64,000 nucleotides of DNA, from contig NC_043013.1 in the NCBI RefSeq assembly GCF_006345805.1, forward strand, positions 4,836,001-4,900,000, read 5' to 3'. Made by a program: the position numbers and the translations under genes. Of this stretch, positions 12,359 to 25,972 are shown in pieces. Within the stretch, counting starts at the first letter, position 1. The number at the start of each line of letters is the position of its first letter. The notes below the pieces were generated by a model. That model searched no databases. It saw nothing but the letters and a program-made list of their open reading frames with translations, and was not told where the DNA came from. This stretch comes from Octopus sinensis (taxonomy: Eukaryota).

Positions 12359-12779
12359 CTGTGGAAATTAATAGATGAATGGTGGAAGAGAGGGTAAATG
12401 ATCAATGTAAAATATAGGGAGAAAACAGTCATTAAGTATACAGGATAGATATTACATGAATTGGTTTCAGGTAATAAGAAAGATAAGTGGTATCAAGGAA
12501 CAGTTGGTAAGGTGTGCAGGCTCCATTTATAGGTGTGTGTGAGAGAGAAAGAGAGAGACAGAGAGAAAGAGAGAGAGAGCAAAGTAAAAATTATATTTAC
12601 TACTCAGTAAATTACATATGCAATACTTTTCAATTCCCTGTCTTGTACTTTTATAATCTAATATTAGTAGTCAATAACCAACCTGAAAAAACGATGTTCC
12701 TGAAATATAAGTAAAACAAAATAGAGAAAAGTTTTGCAATATTAAGTTACTTATTAAAATTAATTTGGTGGTGGTTTAC

Positions 12780-12916
12780 CAAGTAATCTTTTATGATATG
12801 CATCAACAAAATGGCAGGCCAACTCTCTAGCTTCATATGTCAAATGATGCTGCAATGTTTGTAAATGTTGACTCATAGGATATCCCCAGCTGGCATTATT
12901 AGATAATGAACAATCG
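12780..12916 (-). CDS. METTL25B: METTL25B exon 7 (137 nt)
   Basis: TAG|..DCSLSNNASWGYPMSQHLQ...YEARELACHFVDAYHKRLL|GTAAAC; GYPxS and RExACH motifs. Confidence 0.92.
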
Positions 12917-13445
12917 CTATTGAAAACAAAAAGGAAAAAAAAAAGAAAACAATAATTACTGTTTGATAAAATACTAAACAATAGCAAAAAGTTTAGATTT
13001 TCTGAAGAGAACAAAGTAAAAGTCAAAAATTGTTTTGTGCTTAATAATGTAAATAATGTAAATAATGTAAATTGATATGTTGCATGCAACATGTATAAAC
13101 TAGTACATTGTGAAAATAGAAAACAGAGCATACCAAATATGTTCAAGTCAAGCAGTTACTTAATCAATTGGAGTCCCTCAACAACAATAAAATTATTGTG
13201 AAAAGCATAAATTATGGTTACAGAAAGGTTAAAGCCAAAAGTTTCTGAAATAAGTTCTTGATTTGACTGTATTACATTAGAATTTCAGTAATAGAAGCAG
13301 AAAACTGAAAAGAAATCTTAACTGTATTTGTAGAAAGAGATACTGATACCAAACTTGTAAAAAATTTTAATTAATGATATTTGCATGCATTCATATTATC
13401 AATTAGAATAGCTTTGAAATGAAATATGATAATTATTTTCATTAC

Positions 13446-14086
13446 CTGGATGTAGAGAGCTTCATATAGCAACAACCAACAACAGCCAATGCGGAAATAG
13501 CTTGACTCTGGGTAAACATTTGAATCAGGGTGGTTGTCAAGTCACCACAGGCATGCAGTCCACACAGAACAAGATGATTGGCAAAGACACTCGGTTTTTT
13601 CAGTATTAATTCCTCATCACATAAATTGAGAGAATTTGAAGATTTAGTGCAAAATTTTACAGAATTTTCTTTAAATGTTGTCACCGACTGGCTTAAGTTA
13701 GATTCCGAACATGTTCTACGGATTTGCCTGTAATTTGAAGACTGTTTGTGAGGTGATGGTAAAATATATTTTTCTTTTATACTTCCATAAGTATCATGAT
13801 TTAAATGAAAATTGACAGTACTGTTTTCTTTTGAGGTGTAATGTTCTCCAGAATTAGTGTTGCTTAAACAAAAAGGCTGAAAAGTATCAGATAAATTAAC
13901 TTTTTGGCTGGAATCAAATTCACAAGTTCTTGGCATTTTTAGCATTTCCAGGAAATCATTTGGAGAAATATTATTAACAACTTGATGAATCACATGGTAA
14001 GGTAATGATGTAGAATGATTTGAAGAATCATTTAGATTAAGATTGGCTTTCTTTTCTGCTGTGTTATAACAAATGGTACCTTCATA
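13446..14086 (-). CDS. METTL25B: METTL25B exon 6 (641 nt)
   Basis: Acceptor tttttattaacag; open frame to LVLCGLHACGDL...VVGCCYMKLSTS|GTAAT; contains the GLHACGDL and GCCY family motifs. Confidence 0.93.
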
Positions 14087-14353
14087 CTGTTAATAAAAAT
14101 AAAAGAGGATTTAGACATAGGTTAATGTGAAATAATATTTCTGATGAGTCTTTTTTATAAGATAGAAAAAAACATGTTAATAGTAATGGCATACACAACA
14201 AAAGAATTGGTTGGGGTTTTTTCTTTCTGTTTTTATGCATGGCAGATGACAAAAGACTACAGCAGGATGCAAGACAAAGGACTGGGGTGGGTTGTGAAGT
14301 GTAGGAATGCAGTCAGTGGCAAAGCATAAAGATTTGTCCAACTCTTGCCAACA

Positions 14354-14516
14354 CAGGCGCAGGAGTGGCTGTGTGGTAAGTAGCTTGTTTACCAACCACA
14401 TGATTCCGGGTTCAGTCCCACTGCGTAGCACCTTGGGCAAGTGTCTTCTACTATAGCCTCGGGCCTACCAAAGCCTTGTGAGTGGATTTGGCAGACGGAA
14501 ACTGAAAGAAGCCCGT

Positions 14517-14553
<37 letters not shown>

Positions 14554-14757
14554 TTGTGTGTCTGTGTTTGTCCCCCTAGCATTGCTTGACAACCGATGCT
14601 GGTGTGTTTATGTCCCCGTTACTTAGCGGTTCGGCAAAAGAGACCGATAGAATAAGTACAGGGCTTACAAAAGAATAAGTCCTGGGGTCGAGTTGCTCGA
14701 TTAAAGGCGGTGCTCCAGCATGGCCGCAGTCAAATGACTGAAACAAGTAAAAGAGAG
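14354..14757 (+). mobile_element. SINE family A
   Basis: Colinear with the 7427 copy. Confidence 0.85.
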
Positions 14758-16041
14758 TATGGAAAAAAAAAGACAATGTAAAATGATGATGATGATGATG
14801 ATGAGCTTATTTCATGTATGAAACACGAATCCAGTTTCCTACCAACTTCAATTAACAAGCTTTGACTCTCATCATTAAACTACTTTTTTGATGAGGTCAC
14901 TTAAACATAAAAGAAAATGAAAAAATAAAAACAAAAACTAAAATTAATTTGGAGCAAATGTATTTATGGTGGATTAAAACAGTAGAAAAGTTAACTTCTT
15001 AAGCTGATGTTTTTTTCCAATTAATCCTGGCTACACAGGTGAAAGAAAAAATATTTAATCTAGAGCTTATGACTTGATATCTTCTTACAAATGACTGCTA
15101 CAATACTATAAACTAGTGACTTAAAAAGACAAAAAGCAACTATATATTTCTTGGCACCCTTACCTTTATAATTATCGCACAAACAATAACTCTGAGCACC
15201 TCTTCAAACTCCACCCATCTAACACCCGTGGACATATTTACAAAGAAAGAAAACAGCACAGCTCCCATGACTTCAGGAAACATTTTTTCACGCTGAGAGT
15301 TGCTGAAGCATGGAACAAACTGCCGGCATCAGTTGTTAGTTGTCGGAGCACTGCATCCTTCAAAACTTCCATGCTTCCTGAGATTCGCCAACACTACACT
15401 TGATTTTCTCCCCTCCATACACACACAAGCATGTATCTGACTCATACACTGTTCACTTTCCAGACATTTCTACATTACTGCATGTACTTAATATGCACTT
15501 TCTGACAAGTTGTGGTGCACCTGAGCACTGTATACAATAATTTCATTATTATTATTATTATTATTATTATTTAACTCTTGATTATTCAATGCTGTCCATT
15601 GGTAGAGGACTACCTACCTCCTGTCCCCCTACTACCCACAAGGGGCTAAACACAGAGGAGACAAACGGATTAAGTCGATTACATCGACCCCAGTGCATAA
15701 CTGGTATTTAATTTATCGACCCCGAAAGGATGAAAAGCAAAGTCAACCTCGGCGGAATTTGAACTCAGAATTTCGCCCGGCCTGCTAACGACTCTATCAG
15801 CTGCCCCCTACTACCATCCTCATCACTTCACCTCTCCTACTCATTTCAAGAACTATGTATAGAGAAACCCATTGTGCCAGTACACTCTCCCTTCACCCTC
15901 ACCTCATCTACTTCCACTCTGCTTGACATTCCACTGGATCCTCTTCACCCACACACCCTAGCTCTTCCCCTCTCACTACTCTACCTTCTCGGTCACACGG
16001 CCTTCAATCATTGCTTTTTCCTCTTGGTCACTTTGGTTTAA

Positions 16042-16257
16042 CCCTTTAGCATTCAAACCAGCCACATGTGGCCAAAATATTTAACCTGTTTTATGTTCAA
16101 ACTAACCAGATCTGGCTTCTCCCCACAACCCTACACGTTCATTCTAAAACTAAACAATCACATCATTGAAATCTCGAAATTGTGAGATAATGCAAGATTA
16201 ATTCAAAACAATACAAACAAATATTACATTGGATAGAATAATCTGAATACTAATGGG
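16042..16257. mobile_element. piggyBac-type MITE, second family
   Basis: TTAA|CCCTTTAGCATT...TAATGGG|TTAA. Confidence 0.7.
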
Positions 16258-16967
16258 TTAACTGTACTTACATGTAGCAGAATATTAATAATATAACAAT
16301 AATGAAATTATTGTATACAGTGCTCAGGTGCACCACAACTTGTCAGAAAGTGCATATAAAGTATATGCAGTAATGTAGAAATGTCTGGAAAGCGAACAAT
16401 GTATGAGTCAGATACATGCTTGTGTGTGTATGGAGGGGAGAAAATCAGGTGTAGTGTTGGCGAATCTCAGGAAGCATGGAAGTTTTGAAGGATGCAGTGC
16501 TCCAACAACTAACAACTGATGCCGGCAGTTTGTTCCATGCTTCAGCAACTCTCAGTACTGAGTACTCCTATCACTTATCCCTTTCATAACTTATCACTAT
16601 CATTCATGCTTCTATCAGATGATCATGTAGGTTTCTATGTAAAGAGATTGGGGAGTGAGTGGAGACATGGAATCAATACATGGCTACCTTTAAGGTGTTG
16701 GTGCTACAAAAAAGTGCACCCAGTACATTCTATAAAATGTAAGATTGATAGGACTCTTCAGTCTTGCTTACAGCATGACCGTAGAAATCAAGCTAAAAAC
16801 TGAAACTGACATGTGAAATGAGGATCCCCTGGCCCATCTAGCTGAGCAGCTCCCTCAAATATGTACTGATTCCAATTGTAGGAAAGCAAGCAACCCATAC
16901 CAGCATGGATAGTGGACATAAAATGATGATTTACTGACATACACACGTAAATACACACTATAATTTT

Positions 16968-17372
16968 TAGGCGCAGGAGTGGCTGTGTGGTAAGTAGCTT
17001 GCTAACCAGCCACATGGCTCTGGGTTCAGTCCCACTGCGTGGCATCTTGGGCAAGTGTCTTCTACTATAGCCTCGGGCCAACCAATGCCTTGTGAGTGGA
17101 TTTGGTAGACGGAAACTGAAAGAAGCCCGTCGTATATATGTATTTATATATATATATATGCGTGTGTGTTTGTGTGTCTGTGTTTGTCCCCTTAGCATTG
17201 CTTGACAACCGATGCTGGTGTGGTTATGTCCCCGTTACTTAGTGGTTCAGCAAAAGAGACTGATAGAATAAGTACTGGACTTACAAAGAATAAGTCCCGG
17301 GGTCGATTTGTTCGACTAAAGGTGATGCTCCAGCATGGCCGCAGTCAAATGACTGAAACAAGTAAAAGAGAG
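16968..17372 (+). mobile_element. SINE family A
   Basis: Colinear with the 7427 copy. Confidence 0.85.
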
Positions 17373-17559
17373 TGCATTATGGAATGATATACCAATTCAC
17401 CTTTCTCCATAACCAGACATGATAACTCTTCAATACGCCTCTCTAATTAACATCATGGGAACAGCCTCACCCCCCCAATCAATTTGCAAACTCTTTCCCA
17501 GTCCTCCTTATATTGATGGCAACATATGAATGAAACACGGTCTTATAGAAGTAAAGTGT

Positions 17560-17790
17560 GTCGAGCGTGTTGTCTCAAAAAGATGAAGTTTCAGCAGCAG
17601 AGGATCTCCTTCGTTGGGTTAAGAACAATGAAAACTCTTTGGAAATGGTCATAACAGGTGACAAATCATGTGTCTATGGCTATGACTCTGAAACCAAGGC
17701 TTGAAAGGAACAAGATTTCAAGATGCTGAGGAAATCCAAGGGAATGTGACCAGGCAGTTGCTGGCTATCCCAAAAAAGGAGTTCTTAGTT
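17560..17790 (+). mobile_element. Internally deleted mariner fragment
   Basis: VITGDKSCVYGYDSETK joined to LKGTRFQDAEEIQGNVTRQLLAIPK. Confidence 0.75.
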
Positions 17791-17869
17791 AATTAGTTTT
17801 GGGCTCAAAAAGCAAAAAGCAAGGCCATGTAGGGGGACATGGAGTTATGTACAGGGAGGGTGTTCATGC

Positions 17870-18150
17870 AAAGAGTTCAGGCCATTTCTGGTCAAGAGAG
17901 ACTTTGAACCGAGCGGTCATCGGCATCTTCACTATCTCGTCCGGCAGCTTATTCCACGGATCTGCAACCCGGACGGAGAAAGCCCCTCTCCTTCGATTAA
18001 GATGAAATCGTCGCAGATAGAGCTTTTCGGAGTGACCCCGCAGCCGACGCTCTGGAGCAGGAGTGAAGAACAGCTCTTTCGAGAGGTTACACTTTCCACT
18101 TATGATGTTGTGAGCAAGAATGAGATCACCACGGCGTCTAGGAATGCTTC
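17870..18150 (-). mobile_element. CR1-clade LINE C-terminal fragment (second subfamily)
   Basis: Minus strand reads RRRGDLILAHNI..LRGHSEKLY..FSVRVADPWNKLPDEIV. Confidence 0.8.
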
Positions 18151-18449
18151 CATCAATGGAAATGCTGGATAAAATGTGCAGCCTCCAAAGGGGACTACAT
18201 CATAGAAGGTTAAATGCTGAACTGATATGTGTTGTAGTTTTTTTTTACAGCACCAGTCCTAATGGTTTTTGATTAGAGCTCGAATAATACAATATAGTGT
18301 GAAAAATACTTGAAAACCTTAATTCCTCAGTTTGAAGAAGGTTATCAAACAAGCTTTTTAATTCATAGGAAAATTTAGGTTTAATGCAGATGGACAATAA
18401 AGTCAAGTACTGTGTTAAATGAAAAATGGTATAAATTTGTAAACCAAAC

Positions 18450-18507
18450 CTTTTGCTCTGAATCTTGAATTTCTTTCTTTCTTTTTTTCATCATGCTCAA
18501 GAGGTCT
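18450..18507 (-). CDS. METTL25B: METTL25B exon 5 (58 nt mini-exon)
   Basis: CAG|A GAC CTC TTG...DLLSMMKKRKKEIQDSEQK|GTTTGG; bridges phase 2 (exon 4) to phase 0 (exon 6); resembles human DQELLQALEKEEKR. The donor is weak. Confidence 0.72.
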
Positions 18508-19032
18508 CTGAAATATTGAAACCTTTTTAAGAATTGCAACAAAAGATTTATGTGACTGTTTTGCACAAAAGTCAGACTTTCCCAAATTTGAATAAACTTA
18601 GCAAAAAATAATAATAATAAAAAAAAAGAATACATAGAAATAAGATATGGATATTAATTGTATATTGAACAGATTTAATAGCCCATGAACAAAAGATTGA
18701 ATAACTGGGTGAAGTGAATGCTATTTTTATCATATTTTCATATCAGTTTTTCAGTTTGGTAAGGATTTCAGTATATGGAGGTAAGCTTTTCCAACTTTTC
18801 TGTTCTTAAGAAACATTCATGTAATATTTTCTTATGTGACAAGTGGATTATCAAAAGTAAGTGGATTATCAAAAGTAAGTGATAAAAGATCTGAAATTTT
18901 TCAGATTTCAGTTTAAACTAGCTAAAACCCATTATTTCAGTTAAGAAATTGAGGGTATGATCATTTTAAAGTATCCCATTCCTACACCTAAAAGTTGCAG
19001 AAGATGTCCCTGGATGCTACCTAAATCTATAA

Positions 19033-19910
19033 TCATCATCATCATCGTTTAACGTCCGTTTTCCATGCTAGCATGGGTGGGACGGTTCAACTGGGGTCTC
19101 AGAAGCCAGAAGGCTGCACCAGGCTCCTGTCTGATCTGGCAATGTTTCTACGGCTGGATGCCCTTCCTAACACCAACCACTCCGTGAGTGTAGTGGGTGC
19201 TTTTTACGTGCCACCTGCACAGGTGCCAGACGAGGCTGGCAAACGACCACGATCGGATGGTGCTTTTTATGTGCCACCGGCACGGGCGCCAGACAAGGCT
19301 GGCAACGGCCACAATGGATCTTAGTTATAGAATATCCTCTGTGATAATATCCTCAATATCATCATCATCATCATCATCTTTTACTGTCCATTTTCCATGC
19401 TGGGATGGGTTGGACAGTTTGACCAGGACTGGCAAGCCAGAGAGTAGCATTGTATTCCACTCTGATTTGGCTTGGTTTCTACAGCTGGATGACCTTCCTA
19501 ACACCGACCACTTTACAGTGTGTGCTTTTTACATGACACTGGCACAAGACTCTTGTAAGTTAATCCTCGTCACCAGGGGATGTGGCCTTAATACTTCTGC
19601 TGTGGAGGACAGGTCTTCTTGAATACAGCAGGGCACCAGATATATCGGTCCTTTGTCATCTCACCTGAAAGATTCAGCATTCTGAGGTCGTCCTTCAGTA
19701 ATCTGTCCCATGTCTGCTTGGGTCTCCCTCTTCCATGAGTTCCATCCACTTTGATTGAAAGGCACTTCTTTACAGAGTGGTCAGCATCCATCTGAACCAC
19801 ATGACCAAACCAGTGCTCACAGCATGTAATTCCTCTTATACCTAAATTTCTCTTTCAATACAGTAACACTCTGTTGCACATGTACACTTACATTACACAC
19901 CCAGTGGAGC
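19033..19910 (-). mobile_element. Two tandem RTE 3' fragments; the second retains the ORF end (GRGRPKQTW)
   Basis: ORF 19588-19800 and two (CAT)n tails. Confidence 0.8.
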
Positions 19911-20604
19911 ATAATATACACATATATTTAATACCATCTGGGTAACAACCAAGGTGGCAAGCTGGCAGAAATTTTAGCATGGCGGGCAAAATGCTCAGCG
20001 GTATTTCGTCTGTCTTTACGTTCTGAGTTCAAATTCTGCTGAGGTTGACTTTGCCTTTCATCCTTTCGGGGTTGATATATTAAGTACTAGTTGCATACTG
20101 GGGTTGATCTAATTGACTGGCTCCCTCCCCAAAAAAATTTCGGGCTTTGTGCCTAGAGTAGAAAAGTATATCATCTGGAGAACCTTATAGTGTGCTCTCC
20201 AAAGGGTAATGGGTAAAGGCTATCATATGCTGATACCAATGCACAGAAACAATTGTAGTGATTGAGATTAAAGCCTGTTCATTCCATCTTCTTGAATCAA
20301 TTTTTTTTTTATATACATATATATATTAATATAGAAAAAATATATAATAGAAAATGGATTGAAAAGTATGGATTGAACCACTACAACTGTTTTGTCACAT
20401 TTTTACACTCACATTGGTGAGATAATATAATTAACATACTGTGCAATCACTACTATCCATCAAAGGTGCAAGATGCACTTCTTCAGGTGGTCATTTTAAA
20501 TAAGTTCTTTGTTAGATCATACTGTGACTTCACTCTCTACAAGAATAAATACTGAAAACAGCAGACTGCTCTGAGTAATCGTTCTGAGACTGAGTGAAAT
20601 TTAA

Positions 20605-21204
20605 CCCTTTAGCTTTCAGATTACTCTGCCAAATGTGATGCTTATATACTCACACCGTTTTTGAATTAATTATACATTGTTTCATAGCTTTGAAAACTTG
20701 GATGATATGTTTATATACTTTTAGAATGACATTATAGGGTAGATGTAAGAGACTAGATCTGGGGAGTTTCAATACAAAATAGGCAGAATATTTAGGCTGG
20801 TGACAAGTAAGCGAACCATCCGATTGTGGCCGTTGCCAGCGCCGCCGCGACTGGCCTCCGTGCCGGTGGCACGTAAAAGCACCATCCGTTCGTGTCCGTT
20901 GCCAGCCTCGCCTGGCCCCCGTGCCGGTGGCACGTAAAAGAACCATCCGTTCGTGGCTGTTTGCCAGCACCGTCTGGCACCTGTGCGGGTGGCACGTAAA
21001 AAGCACCCACTACACTCGTGGAGTGGTTGGCGTTAGGAAGGGCATCCAGCTGTAGAAACACTGCCAGATCAGACTGGGCCTGGTGCAGCCTTCTGGCTTC
21101 ACAGACCCCAGTTGAACCATCCAACCCATGCTAGCATGGAAAGCGGATGCTAAATGATGATGATGATGATGATGATGATGATGGTCACTTTAAATGCTAA
21201 AGGG
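20605..21204. mobile_element. piggyBac-type MITE with nested RTE 3' fragment (about 20790-21183)
   Basis: TTAA|CCCTTTAGC...GCTAAAGGG|TTAA enclosing an RTE tail ending in (GAT)n. Confidence 0.75.
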
Positions 21205-21553
21205 TTAAAACAATTAACTGAAGAAGCATATCTTACACCTTTGATGGATCATGATGATTACACAATAAGTTAATAATATCATCTTACCAATGTACTACTA
21301 GTGTAAAAATGATTTGAAACACTTGTAATTTTAAATAAAGAACGTCATTCAATCCATTTTCTATTATTTATCTATTTAAATAATTTCCATGCATACTATG
21401 GAATTCCTGATGTATATCCAGTGGCAGGAGCATTTCCACTGCATGATGATATTTGGTAGCCAATAACTGTGGACAAGCTTTGCATAGCATACTACAAAGT
21501 TTTTAACTAAATCTTTTTTCATTATGTATATGTGTATATATATATATATGTGC

Positions 21554-21589
<36 letters not shown>

Positions 21590-22059
21590 ATACATACATA
21601 CACGCACACACACACACACACACACACATATAATAGGACAGCTTTTAAGCTAGTTCCTGTGGAGGACACTTCATAGGGCCTTGAGCCCAACAATGACACT
21701 TCACACTTTGAGTACATACTAAATTTTATTAAACTTGACCAATATTTTTCAAGCAATGAACAATTCTCATCAAAACGAGGATATAATTTGTCGACTTGGA
21801 ACTTATTGAAAAACTGCAAAATAAACAACATTTTTGTCTTCCCATTCAGGGGTCAGTACAATTTTTTTTTCTGTTTAACCTCTTTCCTTCTCTCTCTCTT
21901 TCTCTCTTTCTGTTGATTGTTTTCAACCACTACCAGTACTACCACGCACACACTATTCAGACATCTTAGGAAAACCGCCATCAACATCTTTGACTTTGTT
22001 GCCTTCCCCTCCACCACCATCACCACTGTCTTTCACATCCCCTACTATCACTGTTGCCG

Positions 22060-22778
22060 CCGCCGCCAGTCCCTTGTCATTTCCTCATTGACGCCCAGCA
22101 TCTGAAGATCCTTTCTCACCACTTCATCCCATGTCTTCTTGGGTCTACTCCTTCCACAAGTTTCCTCCACAATCAGAGGTCAGCACTTCCTTATGCAGTT
22201 GTCCTCATCCATACACATCACATAACAAACCAGCAGCCTTCTCTTTTGTACTCAACATCTCATACTTCTTGTATCCAGTTTTCCTCTTAAATCGTTTACA
22301 CTCTGCCATGTGTGCACACAAATGATTTTACATTTTGTTTTTAGATTTCTTACATATAAGTTTCGTTTTCTTTCTCCTTGCTTCTACCTACCAAGTTCAA
22401 AATATGGTCACCCTCGTGTAGCAACTGTATTACAATCATCATCATCATCATTTAGCGTCCGCTTTCCATGCTAGCATGGGTTGGATGGTTCAACTGGGGT
22501 CTGGGAAGCCAGAAGGCTGCGCCAGGCCCAGTCTGATCTGGCAGTGTTTCTACAGCTGGATGACCTTCCTAACGCCAACCACTCCGTGAGTGTAGTGAGT
22601 GCTTTTTACGTGCCACCTGCACAGGTGCCAGACGAAGCTGGCAAACAGCCACGATCGGATGGTGCTTTTTACGTGCCACCTGCACAGGTGCCAGATGAGG
22701 CTGGCAAACAGCCACGATCGGTTGGTGCTTTTTATGTGCCACCAGCATGGGGGCCAGACAAGGCTGGCAACGGCCAAT
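22060..22778 (-). mobile_element. RTE C-terminal relic plus an RTE 3'-end copy (22436-22778)
   Basis: Similarity to the 29375 element. Confidence 0.75.
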
Positions 22779-22928
22779 ATAAAGATATTTGCTACTGTAA
22801 TTTATCAACATATTGAATAGTGGGGAGCTATTAAAATAATACCAGCAATGAAAAGTACTTAAATAACAGTTAAAAAAATAGGTATTAAAAATTAATACTG
22901 TTAATTAGCAAGAGAAGAAATTACTCAC

Positions 22929-23089
22929 AAATCAAATTTATGTGCTTTGGCAGCATGTCCACCAGTAGCTTCCACAGTTGTGACAGTTAGATTATACTTG
23001 AAGTTTAATAGCCTTGACAAGTGACCAAGACCAGCACCAACGTCCACTACTTTGTCACATTTAATGATGTGGCACAAGTTACCTATGAC
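22929..23089 (-). CDS. METTL25B: METTL25B exon 4 (161 nt, SAM-binding motif I)
   Basis: CAG|VIGNLCHIIKCDKVVDVGAGLGHLSRLL...KFD|GTGAGT; class I methyltransferase DxGxGxG motif. Confidence 0.95.
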
Positions 23090-23528
23090 CTGAAATTTGA
23101 AAATAAATTCAGTGTTATTAAAATCAAAACATAAAAATGGTTCAATTTTCAGATACATGATATTTTTGTGAAAAGCCCTCTGGAATTCAGTTATGTCTGT
23201 TATATAAAGTAACTAGCATAAAAAAAAGCCATTGTTTGTTCATAAAGCCAAAGGAGTGTTTCTTGCAGAAAAAATACTTGGCTTCAACTGAATTAATGAT
23301 TTTTGATTGAAGAACTTTGTAACAAAATTAACAGAATGGTTTTTACAAGATAAATATGTAACTCAGAAATTTTCTGAGATCTTTTCTGTTGCTGTCACAG
23401 TTTTTAGTTCTTTTAATTTTGTTCCAAGTGTTTTCTAATTTGGTGTACTAATGTAGTTTTGCATGCTAATTATGATAATGAAATTCATTTTGTATTAAAT
23501 TAATAAATAAAAAGTAAATAGCTTTTAA

Positions 23529-23750
23529 CCCTTTCGATACTGTATTTCTGTTGAGATGCTCTGTGTTTCTTTCAATTAATTTGAAATATAGCAAAGAATT
23601 TAGTAAAATAACTTAGTTACCATTCAGCTAGTGTTAGGAACATAAATTGTGACTAAGGTTTGGTGAAAGATTTTAATTCAAAAATTATGAAAACAAGACA
23701 TTTGTACTACAGAGCCAAAGCCGGTTTCAGCCAGGTTGGTAATGAAAGGG
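23529..23750. mobile_element. piggyBac-type MITE
   Basis: TTAA|CCCTTTC...GAAAGGG|TTAA. Confidence 0.8.
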
Positions 23751-23989
23751 TTAAAGTTTGCAAATTTTGGATAATTTTATCCAACCGAAAGCCACAAATA
23801 TATTAGTGTCTGTCTCCATCGTAACAAGCCAAGGTATAGTTTGCTTAAACTCCAACCGCATGTGTTGTCTTTAGCTACACATTTTCTTTGGCAAATGTCT
23901 ATTTTCTAAACGTTTGTATTACCTCATTTTTGATATTTTCACTTGTGATTTTTTTCAGAAATGAATGGATGTTTTCCCAAACCATGTCA

Positions 23990-24890
23990 ACCTTAATAGA
24001 AGTATGATTACAGACAACTTGTTTAACTTTTCGAATATGATGGAGAAACTGAAAACTGAGGAGGATGCAGTTTCTTATTTGTAAGAGAATGGGGTCACCC
24101 CCAAAAGAAAATTATGTACAAAAAGACATCATACGAAGAAGATGATGCTTCACAAGAGAATCTACTAGCAGAGCTCCTGAAAAGGATGCAACAAGTGTAT
24201 GCCTGTCCAAAAAGATACAGGGTTGGAAGTTGGCACCATCCAATTGGGACTGAACTGCTTTTTTAACTTTACTATGGGTCAAGGAATTCACTTCAGTCTG
24301 ATACTGTGTTGAAGAACTAGGGATGAGCCAATGCACAGCTGTTGATTACAACAGCTATGCTCATGAAATATGTGTGACTTGCCTATTTCTTTACTACCCA
24401 CAAGGGGCTAAACACAGAGAGGACAAGCAAACAGATTAAGTTGATCTTATCGACCCCAGTGCGTAACTGGTACTTATTTAATCGACCCTGAAAGGATGAA
24501 AGGCAAAGTCGACCTCGGCGGAATTTGAACTCAGAACGTAATGGCAGACGAAATACGGCTATGCGTTTCGCCCGGCGTGCTAACGATTCTGCCAGCTTGC
24601 TGCCTTATGTGTGGAGAACCTTGTTCTGCAACTCAGTTCAGACAAGCAGTCCTGGGAAGATTGTTGAGATAGATGCAAAGTCTTCTCAAGATGTAAATAC
24701 AATCAAGGAAGAGTGCTTGCTACCTGAGCAGTTGGTCTTTAGAGGAGTGTTCCATGAGCCCAAATATGTTTTTCTTTATGTGGTACCATGTTGGAATCAT
24801 GACACACTAGAGGAATGCTTACATCAGTCAGTTCTTTCAAGAATCACAATTTTTAGTGACTTGTGGAAGGTCTGTATAAAATGAGGGAAT
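23990..24890 (+). mobile_element. Merlin/ISXO2-like transposase relic interrupted by a SINE
   Basis: PGKIVEID, LVFRGV, FLYVVP..DTL, TIFSDLWK motifs; degenerate. Confidence 0.65.
24392..24607 (-). mobile_element. tRNA-derived SINE family C; further copies near 15630-15805, 19953-20165, 57265-57480, 60390-60510 and 63760-63850
   Basis: Shared body CCGAGGTCGACTTTGCCTTTCATCCTTTC.GGGTCGAT.AA.TAAGTACCAG. Confidence 0.78.
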
Positions 24891-24989
24891 AAATGATGCT
24901 ATGCTGTGGAACCCACTGTTCTATGGTTGACTCATATCTCTGCAAGTTTATGTGGTGCAGGAGATACGAAAAATTGTAATATGTTCAAG

Positions 24990-25430
24990 AAGAAACTCTG
25001 AGAGTGTATCTCTAAGGGATACTGGGAGGTGGCCATGGATTTGGAAAGACAAGTAATATTTCCACTAATAAAAACAACAAAAAGGCCAGATTTAGTCCTA
25101 TGGAACAGAGAACGGAGAATAGGAATTTTACTAGAACTGACAGTGCCATGGGAAGAGAACATCAGCAATGCAGAGGAATGAAAGGAGAAGAGGTACGAAA
25201 AACTAATCATAGAGTGCAGAGAACAGGGATGGAATGTCGAGTATTACCACCAGGCAGTGAGGGCTAGAGGCTTCATTGAAAGAAAAATGACAATGCTATT
25301 CAAAAGAAGATTTGTTTTTTTCTAGCTCTGAGCTGTGAAAACTAATAAGGAGAGTACAGGAGGCGGTCGAAAAAGCCAGCTTCTATATATGGCTGAAGCA
25401 GGAAGACCAAAGATGGCATGAAAGTCATAA
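24990..25430 (+). mobile_element. HERO/R2-group non-LTR retroelement, restriction-like endonuclease 3' fragment
   Basis: TTKRPDLVLW..ILLELTVPWEENI..KEKRYEKL..CREQGW..VRARGF, with one internal stop. Confidence 0.8.
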
Positions 25431-25558
25431 CATGCCGGCAGGAAATAACCTCACTAGGTGAGACAGGCTGACACTGAATTAACTTTGCTGATTGACAGGT
25501 GATGGTCATTTAGAGAATGCATGGGCTAAGATTACACGCCTTCATTGGTCAGTTAAAG

Positions 25559-25972
25559 TTGAGTGCATTCAACATATCTAACCTCCAAATCTGCCACAAG
25601 CCACTTTTTTGGGAAAAGGAAGGTCTAAAGGGGTGGTGGGGACCTCAGAATTTCCCAGGAAAGTCCAAGTTTCCCACCAATGGAGTTTTGCAGATTTTTT
25701 TCTTTTCCAGGTTATTTCGCATGCTTTCAACAAATGTAACATCAAAATCAGATATAAACAACTCCTTTCCCTGGAAAAGGAAAAATTTGGTTGCTATTTC
25801 TAGCACACCCTGCTACGATGTAACAGCTAGAGGACTCATGGTAGCAGGGCCTGCTAGAAATAGTAACCAAATCTTTCCTTTTCTGAGGAAAGGAGCTGTT
25901 TACGCATGATTTTGATGTCACATTTATTAAAAGCATGCGAAAAAAAACGTGTGAATCAAAATTCTGTTGGGA
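25559..25972. mobile_element. Foldback MITE, truncated copy 1
   Basis: Internal hairpin with about 100-bp arms; highly similar to the reverse complement of about 27990-28412. Confidence 0.8.

Noticed and set aside
14140-14185. CTGATGA-GTCTT..AAGAT-AGAAA hammerhead-like motif
   Set aside because: Extra base before GAAA, and no proper helix III/UH or helix I.
21660-21870. Possible METTL25B exon after the acceptor-like aacag at 21871 (ORF 21376-21831)
   Set aside because: The required phase hits a TGA within 8 codons and there is no family similarity; exon 5 at 18450-18507 fits instead.
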